Shown here: positions 49,137 through 62,423 of the stretch, piece by piece
Numbering within the stretch: the stretch's first letter is position 1
Layout of the letters: each line of letters starts with the position of its first letter
Source: Phoronis australis
Lineage: Eukaryota > Animalia > Phoronida
Assembly (NCBI GenBank): GCA_002633005.1
Contig: NMRA01000026.1
Coordinates: forward strand, 701,816-765,815
Direction: 5' to 3'
DNA: 64,000 nt
Program-made: the position numbers and the translations under genes
Notes under the pieces: generated by a model
The model's input: the letters and a program-made list of their open reading frames with translations, nothing else
Database searches by the model: none
What the model was told of the DNA's origin: nothing

Positions 49137-50050
49137 AAGCAGTTGAACTATCATGCGAATGGAGTTTTGCATGGTCAAGTCTACTCTTCCGGGGCGGTCG
49201 TCGCGGTGTTTTCTCCGAAATTCTATTCGTCAAACTCTATTGTGATGATAACAGAATATTTTATTGGAGATATATTCTGTTTAAAGGGGCATACTGGTTT
49301 GCGACGCCACTTCCTAATGTCCCGACTGTAGCAAAAAGAAAGCCCTGGCACGAGTGTCGATTCAACTGGTTCATACACAGATTTTTGAAGTCATTCTCTT
49401 CCCACTTATTTAGGTCTGACTTCGTAAACCAGCGCTTCGACAATTTTAAAGCGACTGCATACTGGTTTTTTTTTCGTGAGGTCCAGATTTTTTAACGTTT
49501 TGCCAAAAGTCTCTTGTTGTTGGTCACATTAATCTATTCGATATCTAGAATCTTGTGCCTTCAGTTATTTCTCTCCGCCTTTGTGTGAAAAAGCCATCGA
49601 AAACCTTTTGAGTAGTCCGGAATTCCGACAGTAGAAGGGGGTTTCCATGACCCTTACCCTACACTTAAAAGCATTGTCTTGTAGTGCATTTTATTCCAAC
49701 TATCATGGACTTCTTGGTTCCATCATGGTTTGAGATTTCGGGATATGAACCTTTGATGTGGTCCCAGACAAACATGTTTCACTATTTTCTATCATTCAAA
49801 ATGAACACAGATTTCATCTACATCTGAATGAGAAATCAAACCCCGTTTCCCAATTAATTGCGACAACGTTTTCATTGAAGTTAGAATTCCGTGATTCGTT
49901 ATTGAGAATAAGATTGGGCGTATCGTCAATTAATGTTTTTTAGCATTTTAGGTGGGATTCAATTACCTTTTTGAGCCACATAATACTTTTGTATATGTGA
50001 GTACGCAGTGATATGGTGCTTTACAGGTCTCGGACTCCCCCGCTCAATCT

Positions 50051-50130
50051 ACACATACATGCACACAAACACGCGCGCGCGCGTGCCCGCGGGCGCGCGC
50101 GCGCACACACACACACACACAAACATACAT
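50051..50130. repeat. (CA)n/(CG)n alternating purine-pyrimidine microsatellite
   Basis: acgcgcgcgcgcgtgcccgcgggcgcgcgcgcgcacacacacacacacac. Confidence 0.9.
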
Positions 50131-53100
50131 ATAGCATGGTTACGTTAACAAATCGTTTAAAAGAGGAACTCCAAAATTAAGGCATGAATCCGGCAAGTAT
50201 TAATAATGTGTGCATAGCTTATAACCACCCCTCCACGATACTGATATAATATTTTCTTTTATGACAATTCCGTCCGCTTAGAATACGTAATTTGTTAATG
50301 AGGTTGTGTAGGCTCCTTGAAGAATGGCCAAACTTGACTAACTTCGGACATCATCTCTGAGAAATGGCTGGTCAAATTCAAATAAAACCTTGCAGTTCTC
50401 CAAAACGCCGTTAGGGGTTGTTATTAAAGTGATCTTATTTTGCCAGAGGGTTTATCAGAAATAGGACATTTATGACTTTTATGAAAACGAAGTATTAATT
50501 TAGAAAATTTTTATCGCGTTTTGGAGATATCATCCTGGTCATGTTATTGATGCCTCTCTTGCCATCAATGTACATTTTCTTTTTTTCTAAATTTTACTAA
50601 AATGGCATGTTCACATGACTCGGTCAATGAAAGATTGGTAAAAAGCCAAAAACCAAATTCTTCAGTATTTCTACTTTTAAAAAATGCGTACTCTTAGTAG
50701 TTGAAATTTATGGTTTGTGAACATGTGAATTTTGCTTTAAGAAAATACGTACTGTTACTGAGTTGAACTTTATGGTTTGTTAATACTTGAGGATTGCCGA
50801 TAAGGTCCTACATAATCGTATAGGCTCAATCACAGACACATCGAGATCATTTTAATCTGGTTATATACTAGGCTAATTTAGGGAAGCGTGAACGACAAAA
50901 AGGGCGGACAATAAAGAATATGACTTCTCGTATTTTGATATTGTGTTAATCTAAACTCAGATTTCATGTGTTATCCTCTGGTTAACTTTGCTTTTTGTAT
51001 TGTGTAAGTGGAAGCGTGATAATGTGACGCCGGTGTTGTTACCGGCCCAGGTGTTTCGGTGGAAGCAATACCCGTGAAAAGAACACGAATCTCTCACATT
51101 ACCTTATTTTATAGATAAAGCTTTCTGCTTCGTTTCTGTATGAAAATCACAACACGAATCTCAGCGCAAAATAATTCAGTCCAAAATGAGTTCTTGCTGT
51201 TGTCGATGTTGGCACCGCGCCATGTGATGAGTCCCCATAGAGGGAGTATTAAGAAATTCAATTACGCTTATTGTTATTTCCGGTGCTATTTCTTAAACCC
51301 CACTAACAGGCAAACAATTAAGACATTAACACACCTGTAATATGATCAACTGCCGGTGTTCGAGTGCACGAAGAGGATGCAGGCTGCAAAATTGACCTCT
51401 CACTCCTGGCCCATCCAACTGAAATTCCTCGTGCCACGAAGGTTAATTCCGGCACTAGACTTGCATAAGCAAAAACAAGCCTCGTTGTGAAGAGGGCACG
51501 GTAATTATTGTAAAACCCAGAGCAGCCAACTCGACAACTTGAGCAAAAAGAAAAACATGTATCTCTATCAAATTGGTCGTTGCGGTCGACTTTTACGATT
51601 TGATGACTGTAGCCTTTATCTCTTTACAGTTCGTTGGTTTTAAAACGTCATTCAGAGTCGTTCAGCTGGAGCAGACACATGTTGAATCATTAAAAAAATG
51701 TGGTCCGTTTTATAATGTAATCTGTCAATAGCGTCTACCTCTAAAATGAATTGGTAACGAATGATGTACAAAAATATTAGTTGCGAGACTCAGGGTCATG
51801 CACTCTTGGCAAAGTAAGGGCCCCGTTCGTTTCTCATTCATTTGTGTTCCATGAATGTAGTACCGACGCTCGTCGTTTCCGTTTTACTAGTTTTACTATT
51901 TTATAGATGTATTCCACGATTTCTAAACTACTTTCCAATCTCGTCTTTCGTTTGTGAAAATAAAGAAGTCGGCAGCTCAGACGACTTTCGTTAAATTAAC
52001 GAGACCTTGGGTGTCGTTATTTTAGCATTGGAGTAACTCAGACTCTATGAGCATTTGAGTATGGTGCCAATTTGGTCATGTTTGTACCATGCAAAAGTGG
52101 CAATCTACCGTTGTAGGTGCGGCCAGTTTGCACTGCCTATGAATTCATTTCTTTGGGAATACCAGGCTTTGGCGGCAGTTTTGAAGTACGCGATATAAGT
52201 ATAGTCAGTGAATCTGGCTTGCTTGTACTTGTGAACATTTTGCGAATGAGGACAATTCTCTAACCTTGACTGTGGATACACTTTTCTTGGCAGTGGCGGC
52301 CACCGTTGCGTTGCCGCTCATGCGTCCAAGGAATCTGCTGTAGTTTCAGGTAGCCTTCAAGCAAATCAGAATTGCAAAAAAATTTCATTGGATGGCATAT
52401 GTGGACCATGTTTGATAATGCTGTCGTAAATTTGCTTTCAGAATCTAGTATTGACAGTGAAGTGGACAATGGACTGAAAACTGAATTTTGCCTTCTTTGT
52501 CATTTTTTCGGAGCCTTGCTTCCTTTTTCAGCGGCAGTTAAAGGCCCAAAAATATGAAGCAGAATAAAGTTTCTATGATCACGTGTAGCGCTTTTGGCGG
52601 GAAACGACTCGCAGCTTTCCGTTTTGTCTGTAGTTTTCGATAAGTTGAAAGAAAACCCATTGAGAACTGTACAGCGCCTCCCGAGTTACGCTTTGATTTG
52701 TATAGGTATTGCAACATTTCAAATAGTCTCTACTTTCTCTAATTTTTTGTAATGTTTGTGAGAACAGTACTTACTCATTTGTTGCTCAACGATTTTAATT
52801 GCATGCAGTTCCTTTTTTGGTTAATATTTATGGGATAGGAACGTAGCGTGCATAGTTGTACAGTCAAAACGTGGAAGTCGAGCGACATGTGAACATTCTT
52901 TTGCGCGTGGTGATCAAAACTTTTAAACCATTGTTGATCGTCTGGATTATGAACTAGTTACGCCAGTTACTATTGTAAAAGCATGCTTTCTATGTTCGAC
53001 TGATTTAAAAAACCCGATTGACCGGCATGGATTGGCCAATCAAGAATGAGATGTCAGAGTTCTACGCCTGACTCAAATGCTAACAGATTTGAGTTCGAGA

Positions 53101-53176
53101 CTACACCTGGGGTGTCACCCTAGAACTAAACGCACTGGTGGTCTGTTGGGAACAGTCCGCTGCATATGGACTTCAG

Positions 53177-53609
53177 TGGCCGGTTGCATGAAACAGTCCC
53201 AAATAGGGACTCAAATAAGGTCCCTAAGTCTTTTGCGTATTTTTGTCTTTAAGTACTCACAAATGCAATATTTTTCTATCATTTAATCTTTAATATGAGC
53301 TCCTATTTGATTAATGACATTTTCTAATAATATAACTAAGAACTGAGCCCAGAGTTCATCGAAAATAAATAGGGACTTAGTCCTTAAATTGGGGGTGTTG
53401 CATGAAAAGATTCCCACTTATTTTCGACAATATTGACAATTTAAGGTAGAGTTCACTCTCGATTTGTATCAAAGTCAAAAGTTTACTTAGTAATGAAGCT
53501 AAAACAAGCCAAGAAAGATCAATCGATGTTTTCACAAGTCCAAAAATACGCAATAGATTTAGGAAACTTAGTTGAGTTCCTATTTGGGACTGTTTCATGC
53601 AATCGGGCA
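53177..53609. mobile_element. PIF/Harbinger-like MITE with long TIRs and 3-bp TSD CAG
   Basis: cag|tggccggttgcatgaaacagtcccaaatagg ... cctatttgggactgtttcatgcaatcgggca|cag. The inverted match extends ~70 bp. Confidence 0.8.
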
Positions 53610-54186
53610 CAGTACCCTTCTATAGTCTTTAAAAAAGACATCACTGAAAGCTTTCAATCAACCACCTGAGATACCGATTAAACCAATTCAAAATCAAAGG
53701 TTACGACGTGACACACGCCAGACACTTAAAAAGCGCGGCATTCGACCCGTACTTTCTGACAAAAAGTTTTTGATTTAGGTCTGTCCGTTGTTTATTCAGA
53801 CAAACTTAAAACGTTTCAGGTCATGGTGTGACCTGACATTTTATGAGCTTAGTCTTAAGCAATAAAAAACTGTCAGTTCTTCCGACACCTGGAATCACCT
53901 GTAACTTAACTAGGGAACACTTTGAGACCCATAATGGTAAGTGGTCTATATCAAGACTTTGTTTTGACAGAAATGCTGCTTTAAAGTACCCAAACACCCT
54001 TTAACAACATGCGAATCCTATCTGTCAAATATTTGTTTTTGCTAGTGTTGGGCCAAGTTTGATTGTACATGACAAACTATGTCCACTCAGTTCCATTTTC
54101 CACAAAATATGAAGAGTATCAGGATTTCAAATACCCTGCACAGAGTTCAGTAACTTATTCCACGCAGTTTCCCGTCTTTAACGACT

Positions 54187-54396
54187 CATGGGCGCACCCA
54201 GGGGGTGACTCGGGGGCTCGAATGAGCCCCATAATTTGGCGAATTTGGCAAAAAGGTCAGCTTCAGTGAAACAAAAAGTCCGGATGCACGGTGCGTGGGC
54301 CTGAACCCAGTGGCCCCGTTTTTTAGTGTTCGTGGATTTATTTCAGTAAAAGGTCCGCATACCGAAAAATTTTACCCCCCCCCCCCCCNGCGCATG
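54187..54396. mobile_element. MITE family A (TIR CATGSGCGCACCCAG) with 5-bp TSD CGACT
   Basis: cgact|catgggcgcacccaggggg...gcgcatg|cgact. An N lies near the right end. Confidence 0.75.
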
Positions 54397-57300
54397 CGAC
54401 TACCGGCAGCGTGTTACTTACAAACGAGCAAAAATATGAGTCAACCCAACACCACCATACTCATGCGATAGCTGTGAACAGAGACGGTGAAAAGTCTCGT
54501 GGAACTGTGAATTCAATCCCCGGTTCAACCATATCAAAGTTTATAATTCAATACACCAACCTTGCCGACCAATCACTTCAGTGGCCGCCATTTTGCTAGG
54601 ACAGGCTGGTAAGTCCCGACCGACCATACTCGCGAAATACTCACTTTTTATTTTCAGTCCTGATGTCTCGCGAAATCTTGCTTTTCTCGCAATAAACTAG
54701 ATTTACGAAACGCTCTCCATATGTTCCTATCGAATTTTAACTCCCGGTTTGATTGTACATGTCATAATTTGTAAGCTTATAAAACTTGTAATGAGATCAA
54801 ACGCATCCCAAATACTCCCCGTTTTTCGTCATCTTGCACGCTTTAATGTCGGACAAGCTAAAACAATCCCGTGCGCGAATGGCGCTGAACTGTCGGGTGT
54901 AGCGAATCTAGCAGGTTATATACAGAAGGCGTGGTTGGTGAGCTGTCTGGCACGTTGGTCTGACGGGAGGTTTGTCTATCATTTTTGCGACTTCTGAAAT
55001 CATAAGTGAAGGATGTTTAACGTTACTCCTACTCCTTTAAGAGCCTCGACGTGCGCTGCGACTAAATATTTTGAAGGTTTTATAACGTGCCTGACCCCGT
55101 GGATTGCATTCGCGTAAGCTAAATATTTGAGAGGAAACAAAAATAAAGACCATCTATCTATCTTCTAAGTAGAAAACACCTTGCATACTTTCAATCAGAG
55201 CAGACTCTAAAATGTAGCAAATGCCGTTCGTAGCCTTCACACGCAGTGCAAATCTCAAAATGCGCAGACAACACAGCAGGCACCAATTTTAATGAAACTG
55301 GAGAGAGGTAAATTCAACCTTGGCTCAAAAAGTATCGAGTGCCACCTTAAGGTGAAACAAGGTTTTGAGTTGTCTTTTTATCAGATTGCCTGGTGTTTTA
55401 CTGTACGCCGGTAAAGTGACCGCATTAATTTTTGTGTGTCTATGGATTGCTTTTAATAACATTGAGTTTTACGGGGCCAAAGGTTATTCACAATTCCCAC
55501 CTCGACAAGCTTATTTATAATCAGTCAATTTACTAGTTTTCACATTAACGTATGTCTATGGTGTCAAAACACATGACGGTATAGAAGTCAAAATTTAAAA
55601 CTTAAACTTAGCTGACTTTCTAAACAGCCGCGCCATGTTGAAATTCGTTATCCCGCCAGACGGCGATCAGGTCTTTTCTGGCCAGGCGTTCAGCGCTATC
55701 TACAGATACCATGTAATGCGGACGAGAGGTTTCGACCTAGTATGAACAGTGTTTTAACACATTTCCTGTTATAATAATGCCGGTAAGTTTCCACTGATGT
55801 ATAGTGGGATGTATCAATGCATTACGAAAAAAGCCAACCTTTAGAAATATCAATTGATGAGCAAAGATATCCTGTTTCATACATTTCCCACGACAAAGTC
55901 AAATATCAGTGCCAGCGGCTGCGGCTGACAAAGCGGAAGAATTTCGATATCAGCCGGTGGCAGAAAGCTGAAATGAATAAGTGAACTTTAACTAATCCAA
56001 TAATGAGAGAGAATGGCAGTGGAATTTATTCCTCTGCTTCTATATTTATGAACCTCATTGAAGTAATTCCGGTCCGCACCAAATCTGAGTCTACCCTCTG
56101 ACACAGCGCCACCTATACTAAAAATTGGCCCTGTGGAAACATGATGAACGACACACGGAATTCTGTGTGTGGTATACATGTCAGAATGTTTAGTTGTACA
56201 AAACTTATCGCAACTTTTCCTACCATCACCACTGATGCAAGCCTGCTGCTGACATCATGTTTGTTATCAAACTGACCCTGCAGGTGGCGCAGCGATTAGT
56301 GGGAATAGTTGAATTAGTTGAATACTGTAGGTAATTTTTATAGATGTTGGGAAAATTGTTTTTGTTTTTTGAAGGACTCTTTTGACTTCCTCTCTCACGC
56401 ACTTGACCTCCTACACTTTACAATATTTACGTGGCATGCTACACTTCTTTTTGATACATCGAAGTTCAGCTCTAAGTTACACATCTTTCATTGCGAGTCA
56501 TCCTAAACATACATCTTCGGACCAGCGTCATGATTTTTACTAATCCACAATTACAATTGCCTTAGCACTTTTCTGGCTGATTGCCAAAATACATGTTTTG
56601 TTTAAATGATACTAAACCCTGCTTTAGCCTATTAACAGACACCGACTCTTTTTAGATGGCTTGGATCTTCTAAAATACTTCTCAGGTGTAACCCTCGTCA
56701 ACCCTCAAAAGTTAAGAGTATGTTTGAAAACTCCTTGTAAAGTATTCCAAATCAGCAAGCTTGACAACGGTAATTCTTTGCACTTTTCATACAAAAATAA
56801 ATGTAAAAATTGTCATTTTCTATTTTTCAAAGGCTGATTACCTTCCAGCGAATAATGGATACTTTACGAAATGTGGTCATGTGACATCTACACAGCATAT
56901 AAGATTCTAATAATCGACTAACATTTTCTTAGTCTTTATTTTTGTTGAGAAATTCCACAACATAAAATTTCACTTTTCCGCCATGTTGTGCGCAAAATAG
57001 GTGAAGAGTTACAGTAACGTTCCAGGCGATTAAAATCGACGACTCTGTCCTCCTCAAACTACACGATCCACATCGTGAAACAAGACCCAGGTTCGTGGTG
57101 CAGCTTTTGCCTCTCAGAAGGGGTGTCAGTCTTGCAATAACACGTGACAGGGCCGGTTTTAGGAATAAACATGGAAGTGTAACTTTATATCGTTTCAAAT
57201 GCCCATATCATAATGTTCTCACATAAAGCATTCCATGTGGAGGACATATTTGCTCATGCCGGTTCTGCTGGTGCCCCGAGTACCCCGTGAAAACAAAGGG

Positions 57301-57822
57301 TGTTTTTATTAGGTGCATAAACGGATCGTTTCGCTTATTTAATCGAAACGATTACAGCATATTTCGATAGGCTCTGATTTGATTGCCTAGGGTGTTCTTT
57401 TTCGAAAAGTTTCGTCGTTTTCGTCGTCTAAACAATACGTTCTCAAACAATACCGCTCTGTAGAATGTTTTCAAAATACCTTTTTGTTATTGTTTTTTTG
57501 TGGTTACGCGCAAGCATTCACTTATTTTGTTAATATAGCATGCCTTTAAGTCAACATTGTATTGTATTGAGTCTCGCAAGAAGGACGCAAGTTGCTCTAA
57601 TGTTTGAAAATTACTGATCTTTGTAGGCTACCTTTTCGTAAATCTTTAAAAAAGATGAATGGTTTAGTAAAATTGATCTAATTAGTATAAAGACAGGTGG
57701 CAAACTAAACCGTAGTGCAGGTATCGGCCTGATTGGCTCTGTCTTTTGAGTACATACTTTAACAAGTATTGAATTATATATTGGTGGAAACGTTCATCGA
57801 TAATCCTTTTATTCTCCCACAG

Positions 57823-57854
57823 AGAGGAAGAGTTGGCCGGCAACTTAATGATAG
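57823..57854 (+). other. Candidate 5' UTR mini-exon of the Kv gene (intron 57855-57927)
   Basis: Pyrimidine tract plus cacag acceptor, AG|gtatgt donor, and a downstream tttag acceptor 45 nt before the ATG. Confidence 0.4.
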
Positions 57855-57972
57855 GTATGTCTATATTCCAATGTTAATAAAACACCTGTGGCGAATCGGG
57901 GTAAATAAATTCTATTACAACATTTAGGTGCGTGATGCGGGCAGCGAACTTTAAACGGTGCAGTGTAAGACC

Positions 57973-60900
57973 ATGTCACCAGAGAGGAAGAACGTTCGTG
58001 GCCGTGTTCACGAAGAGAACGACGAAGTTGTGTCCACTGTCATTTTAAATATTGGTGGGTGTAGATTTGAAACGTACACTCGAACTCTCCAGCACAGTGA
58101 CTGCGCAAGACTGCAAAACCTTGACGAAACGTCCCCCAGCTACCGCAGGGAGACGAACGACTTCTTCTTCGACAGAGATCCGGCTACGTTCCGGGAAGTC
58201 CTGAACTTTTTTCGAAGCGGCGAGCTACACATGCCATTTGACCAGTGCGGTATGAGGGTAAAAAACGAGCTCGAGTTCTGGGGACTGGACGAGAGACTAC
58301 TTCAGGGATGCTGCGGTCCCCACTACCATGGATTCGCCACCAGTGAGAAAGTGAACAAAAAGTTGAAACGGGACTTCACGGACATGGATGTGTTTGATCA
58401 CGAAAAGTGTTTCGGACGTGTGTCGTCAGTGATATGGAGTCTACTAGAAAAACCTTCGTCGTCTAAATTTGCTATGGTAAATGTATGAGGTACTTAATTT
58501 CGGGATTGTGTAACTGCACAGAATTATTAAAGTGTCCTACCGAGTATTTCTTTAAACAGTCCCCAAAACCCCGCGGGCCACCGGTCTGAAGTCGTGTAAT
58601 TTTTATGGTAAAGAAGTACTTTCTCGGTAAAGTATGCAGTATGAGCATGCGCGCACCCAGCGTTCGATATGGGGGGCTCGAATTCCCGACGTTGTGGACC
58701 ATTTGCTAAGAAAAAGGCGGGCGGACTAAACAAAAACGGGAGCACCTCACCTCTGTGAATTGGGCGAATCCCCTTATTTAGTGGGTTTTTGTCCCATTTT
58801 CTAGGACTGTTTGTCTCTCGGGGGCGGACCTTTTGGCCCACTTTGCCAATTAATGGGGGGGCTCGTTCGAGCCCCCCCCCCCTCCCCTGGGTGCGCGCAT
58901 GACGAGTGGCGATGTAGTTATAAGTTCAGAGGCAAGAATAAGCCTGAGAGCCAGCGTATCGGCGCGGAGTTTTAGAACGTGCACTTTGGACGAAATATTT
59001 ATGACTGGGCAGGAGCTCATAGGCGTGGGCGTGTTATGTGTCTCATCTTGCAGAAAAATCACCTAAGAAACATTCAGTAGCAAAATAAATAAGCAATAAA
59101 ATAAAATTTACATAATCTTTTTTCATTTTAGTTTGAATTACCAAAATTTTTTAGGAGCCTAGAAAAATTGTGATGCAACACCCCCCTCCCTCGTGTACCT
59201 GCGGACATCAATTTCTAAACTGCATTTTCTGAAGGAAATTAATAAGTGGTAAAATACAAACTGATATTAACAAGCGGAAAAAATGTCCCCCACATTTTTT
59301 ATGCGAATTAGTGCCGCCATTGGCGAATTTTCGTAATATTTCACAGAGCTGAACAAGCAAGATATTTTTGAGAGTAGAGTATTTTAAAAGACAGAACCAT
59401 TCTGTAAGTATATGCCTTAAGATAAAGATAACAGGTTCATGGGCAGTTAAGGTGGTTTAGGCTCCGTTAAGTTCAACCATATCATGTCGCTTTCGTCACT
59501 CTCTATGTAACCTTCATCAGCAAAAATGGTCGCTTTTCTTCTCAGTCTCCGTCTACTTTACGAATAACGGCCACCAGGAGATCAAACAGTGAGTTGATTA
59601 AGACCACATTGCTCTTGGCATTCTTTTATAATTCCCCACCAGTGGCAGACCTACGTTTGCAGTAAGAGGTGTTTAGGATTTGAGCGAATGCGAGGCGCGT
59701 AGCGCCGAGCGGAAGGAAGGTGTGCCCCTCCCGTGTAAGATTTTTGTTGGTTTTTAGTAGCTGATTTCGTTTTTCTGGCGAATTTGTTTTCAATTTTTAT
59801 TTTTGATCCTATCCTGAAGGGGGGGTTTTGAATCCCCTGAACCCCCTCTTCCTGTAGATCCGCCTCTGCCCACCTACACTTGTTTTTGCCACATGGTTTG
59901 TGCTGTTCGTGCGGAAATTAACCAGCACGGCTACATAGGGCAACACAGTGAGTAACTGATTTGGATATGACTTTTGTGCAGACGGGAACTGGAAGAGTCG
60001 AACAGGATCATTTATGAACTTGTGAGAGAATTCCGTCTACCTTTACCATCTCGTCATCAGGCAAATCGATCGTTAACAGGATTTGCACGTGGACGAGAAA
60101 GCGTGCACTGGTTACCCCCAGAATATCCAGCGAAGTTCTCGGTACATAAAAGAACTGATGACGAGGTCGAAGATTAAAGTGAACTAGTTTATTATCGTGG
60201 GCTTCCCTAAATCATGGTTACCTAACCCTTAGCCACATCAAACAGCCAAAAAAACTTTCTCCGCAAATCCAGGTTCGGCCCCCTACATGGCTCCTGGGCT
60301 ACAGAGGCGGATCTACAGGGGGGGTTCAGGGGGTTTAAACCCCCCCCCCCCTCGGGACAGGATCAAAAATAAAAACTGGAAAAAATATCGCCAGAAAAAC
60401 GAAATTAGCTACTAAAAATCCCAAAAAATCTTACACGGGAGGAGGGAAACCCTCTCGCGACCTTCCTTCTCCTCGGCGCTACGCGCCTCGGATTCTTTCG
60501 AATCCTAACCCCCCCCCCCTTACTGAAATCGTAGATCTGCCACTGGGCTATATGCTTTATGCATTCAAGTCTCCAAAAATTTGTATGAAACTGCCTTAAA
60601 ATGATCCTGGTTTTTATTAAAGAGTCGAAAGTAGTTGTATGAATTAACCTTCCTTTTTCACTAATTGCTGAATTATACATGGCATCCTTCAAGTTTATCT
60701 TTTGAGCTACGTTGGCACTCGCGCGTCTTTGGCTGGCCCCCAAGGCATGTTCATGCGGGTTCAGTACTGCCATAGCAGCTGATTAGATCTTGCATACATG
60801 TGAGAAAAACTACTTTTGTCTAGATGTGTCACTGTAGATACCTACATGTGCTTCCGCTTTCTTTTTAGGAAACCACTGGTAACAAAATTGCATGGCTATA

Positions 60901-62423
60901 AAAGTTGTTTACCATCAATAATAGTCTAGACTACTAAGTCTCACAACAGGGGTACGTACGTACGACAAAAATGCCAGAATCTTGCGAGTGAAACCCAGTG
61001 AAAACACGGCCTCTAGCGAAATTTGCTTACGCAAGGCGATATTGGTGGGACATATTTGCGAGATCTCACCAAACTCCTAAGATGCTAACTTTGCTGAACA
61101 TGCTATACTTTGTACTTTGATCCAGAGGAGGAGAACGTGGAAACTGAAAATTCAACCACTGTGCGTGGGAATATGCACGACAGACAAACTCGGAGTGCCC
61201 ACTCCATGGATGATTAAAAAACTTCGACGGCAAACCGTCGCGAAAGTTTAAGTGTTTGGACGTTGTGGCTACTATACATGCGCGCACTCAAGGGGGGAGG
61301 GGAGGAGAGGGCTCAAACGAGCCCCCCCATTTGGAAAAGTGGGCAAAAAGGTCCTCCTCAGAGAAACAAAGAGTCCGAAAAAGTAGAAAAAATATACAAC
61401 GGCAGGAACTACCAAAATTCGGCGAATACACAATTTATAGCTCTTAACGTACCCTGTTGTTTTTTAGTAAAAGGTCCACAAACTCAAAAATTCGAGCCCC
61501 CCAATACTTTAGGCTGGGAGCGGCGCGCATGCTAAAGGTACCCTCTCGTGACACCCTAGATCCGCCAGTCACATAGTGCTTTACTTTTACAGGCCTATTG
61601 CGTATGGATGTCTTTGGTAGCTGCAACACTCGTTGTCGTTCTTCTTCTCTCGACGACACCGGCATTGGTCACTGTTTCGTATTTCTATGAAAATGGCACT
61701 CAAGCAAATGTGACGAAAATCTCAGATGGTATCAGTCGTTTCGACATCGTAACCCCTGAGCTCGCTTTTCTTGAATTAAGTTGCATTCTCGTTCTAACAC
61801 TGGATTTTCTTCTAAGATTTATATTTTGCCCCAAAGCATTTGTGTTTATCAGGTCTGTTTGGAATATAATTGACATTTGTTCCCTGTTACCGTTTTACTT
61901 GAACATTCTCGTAACAGCAACAGACTTGGCGCAAAAGTGGGATCAGAAAATTGTAACTTTGTTGAAAATAGGGAAAGTGTTCCAATTTGCTCGAATTTTG
62001 AGACTTGTAAAACATTACCAAGGGTTTGCATTCATGGTTTATGCTCTGAAAAGTAGCAAACGGGAGATTACGATGTTTGTCGTGAACCTCGTTCTCGGAG
62101 TACTTCTTTTTGCCGCCTTAATTCATTTCGCTGAGCCGCAAAACTTTCCCAGCATTCCCATCTCGTGTTGGTGGGCCATAGTTACCATGACGACGGTTGG
62201 ATATGGAGACATGTCCCCCAAAACGACATTCGGATACATCGTGGCTTCTGTCTGTGCGTCGGCAGGATTGTTGATTGTTGCATTCACCGTTTCGATTTTG
62301 GTTAATAATTCTTTATTACTTCATACTCACATGGAACATATTAAGTTAGAAAGACTTAACAGGAAGAAGAAGGTGAAATCGGAAAACGGAGATAATATTG
62401 TGAACGACTGTACCAGATTGTAG
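57973..62423 (+). CDS. Voltage-gated K+ channel alpha subunit, divergent Shaw/Kv3-like (~444 aa); exons 57973-58476 and 61593-62423
   Basis: Exon 1 is a T1/BTB domain (VILNIGGCRFETY, FFFDRDP, ELEFWGL) with the HX5CX20CC Zn site found in non-Shaker Kv. ATG|gtaaat donor and ttttacag acceptor, phase 0. Exon 2 has S1-S6 with WNIID and pore WWAIVTMTTVGYGDMSPKT. Confidence 0.92.
58646..58901. mobile_element. MITE family A copy in the Kv intron
   Basis: Perfect TIR CATGCGCGCACCCAG / CTGGGTGCGCGCATG. Flanks ATGAG / ACGAG. Confidence 0.8.
59640..59868. mobile_element. MITE family B (TIR CAGWGGCRGAYCTAC) with 5-bp TSD CCCAC
   Basis: cccac|cagtggcagacctac...gtagatccgcctctg|cccac. Confidence 0.8.
60302..60545. 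mobile_element. MITE family B copy in opposite orientation, 5-bp TSD GGCTA
   Basis: ggcta|cagaggcggatctac...gtagatctgccactg|ggcta. The internal sequence is an imperfect reverse complement of 59640-59868. Confidence 0.8.
61277..61531. mobile_element. MITE family A copy, opposite orientation to 58646-58901
   Basis: catgcgcgcac...gcgcgcatg termini. Flanks CTATA / CTAAA. Confidence 0.75.

Noticed and set aside
51340-51610. Second possible THAP-like relic (MINC/VFECTKR...SHSWP)
   Set aside because: Requires a frameshift and lacks the diagnostic Trp and CxxHF. Could be chance.
42000-57500. Additional protein-coding gene in the TPR-Kv intergenic region
   Set aside because: Only short ORFs without recognisable motifs or a phase-consistent exon chain. 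UTR exons and promoters of the two divergent genes may lie here but could not be located.
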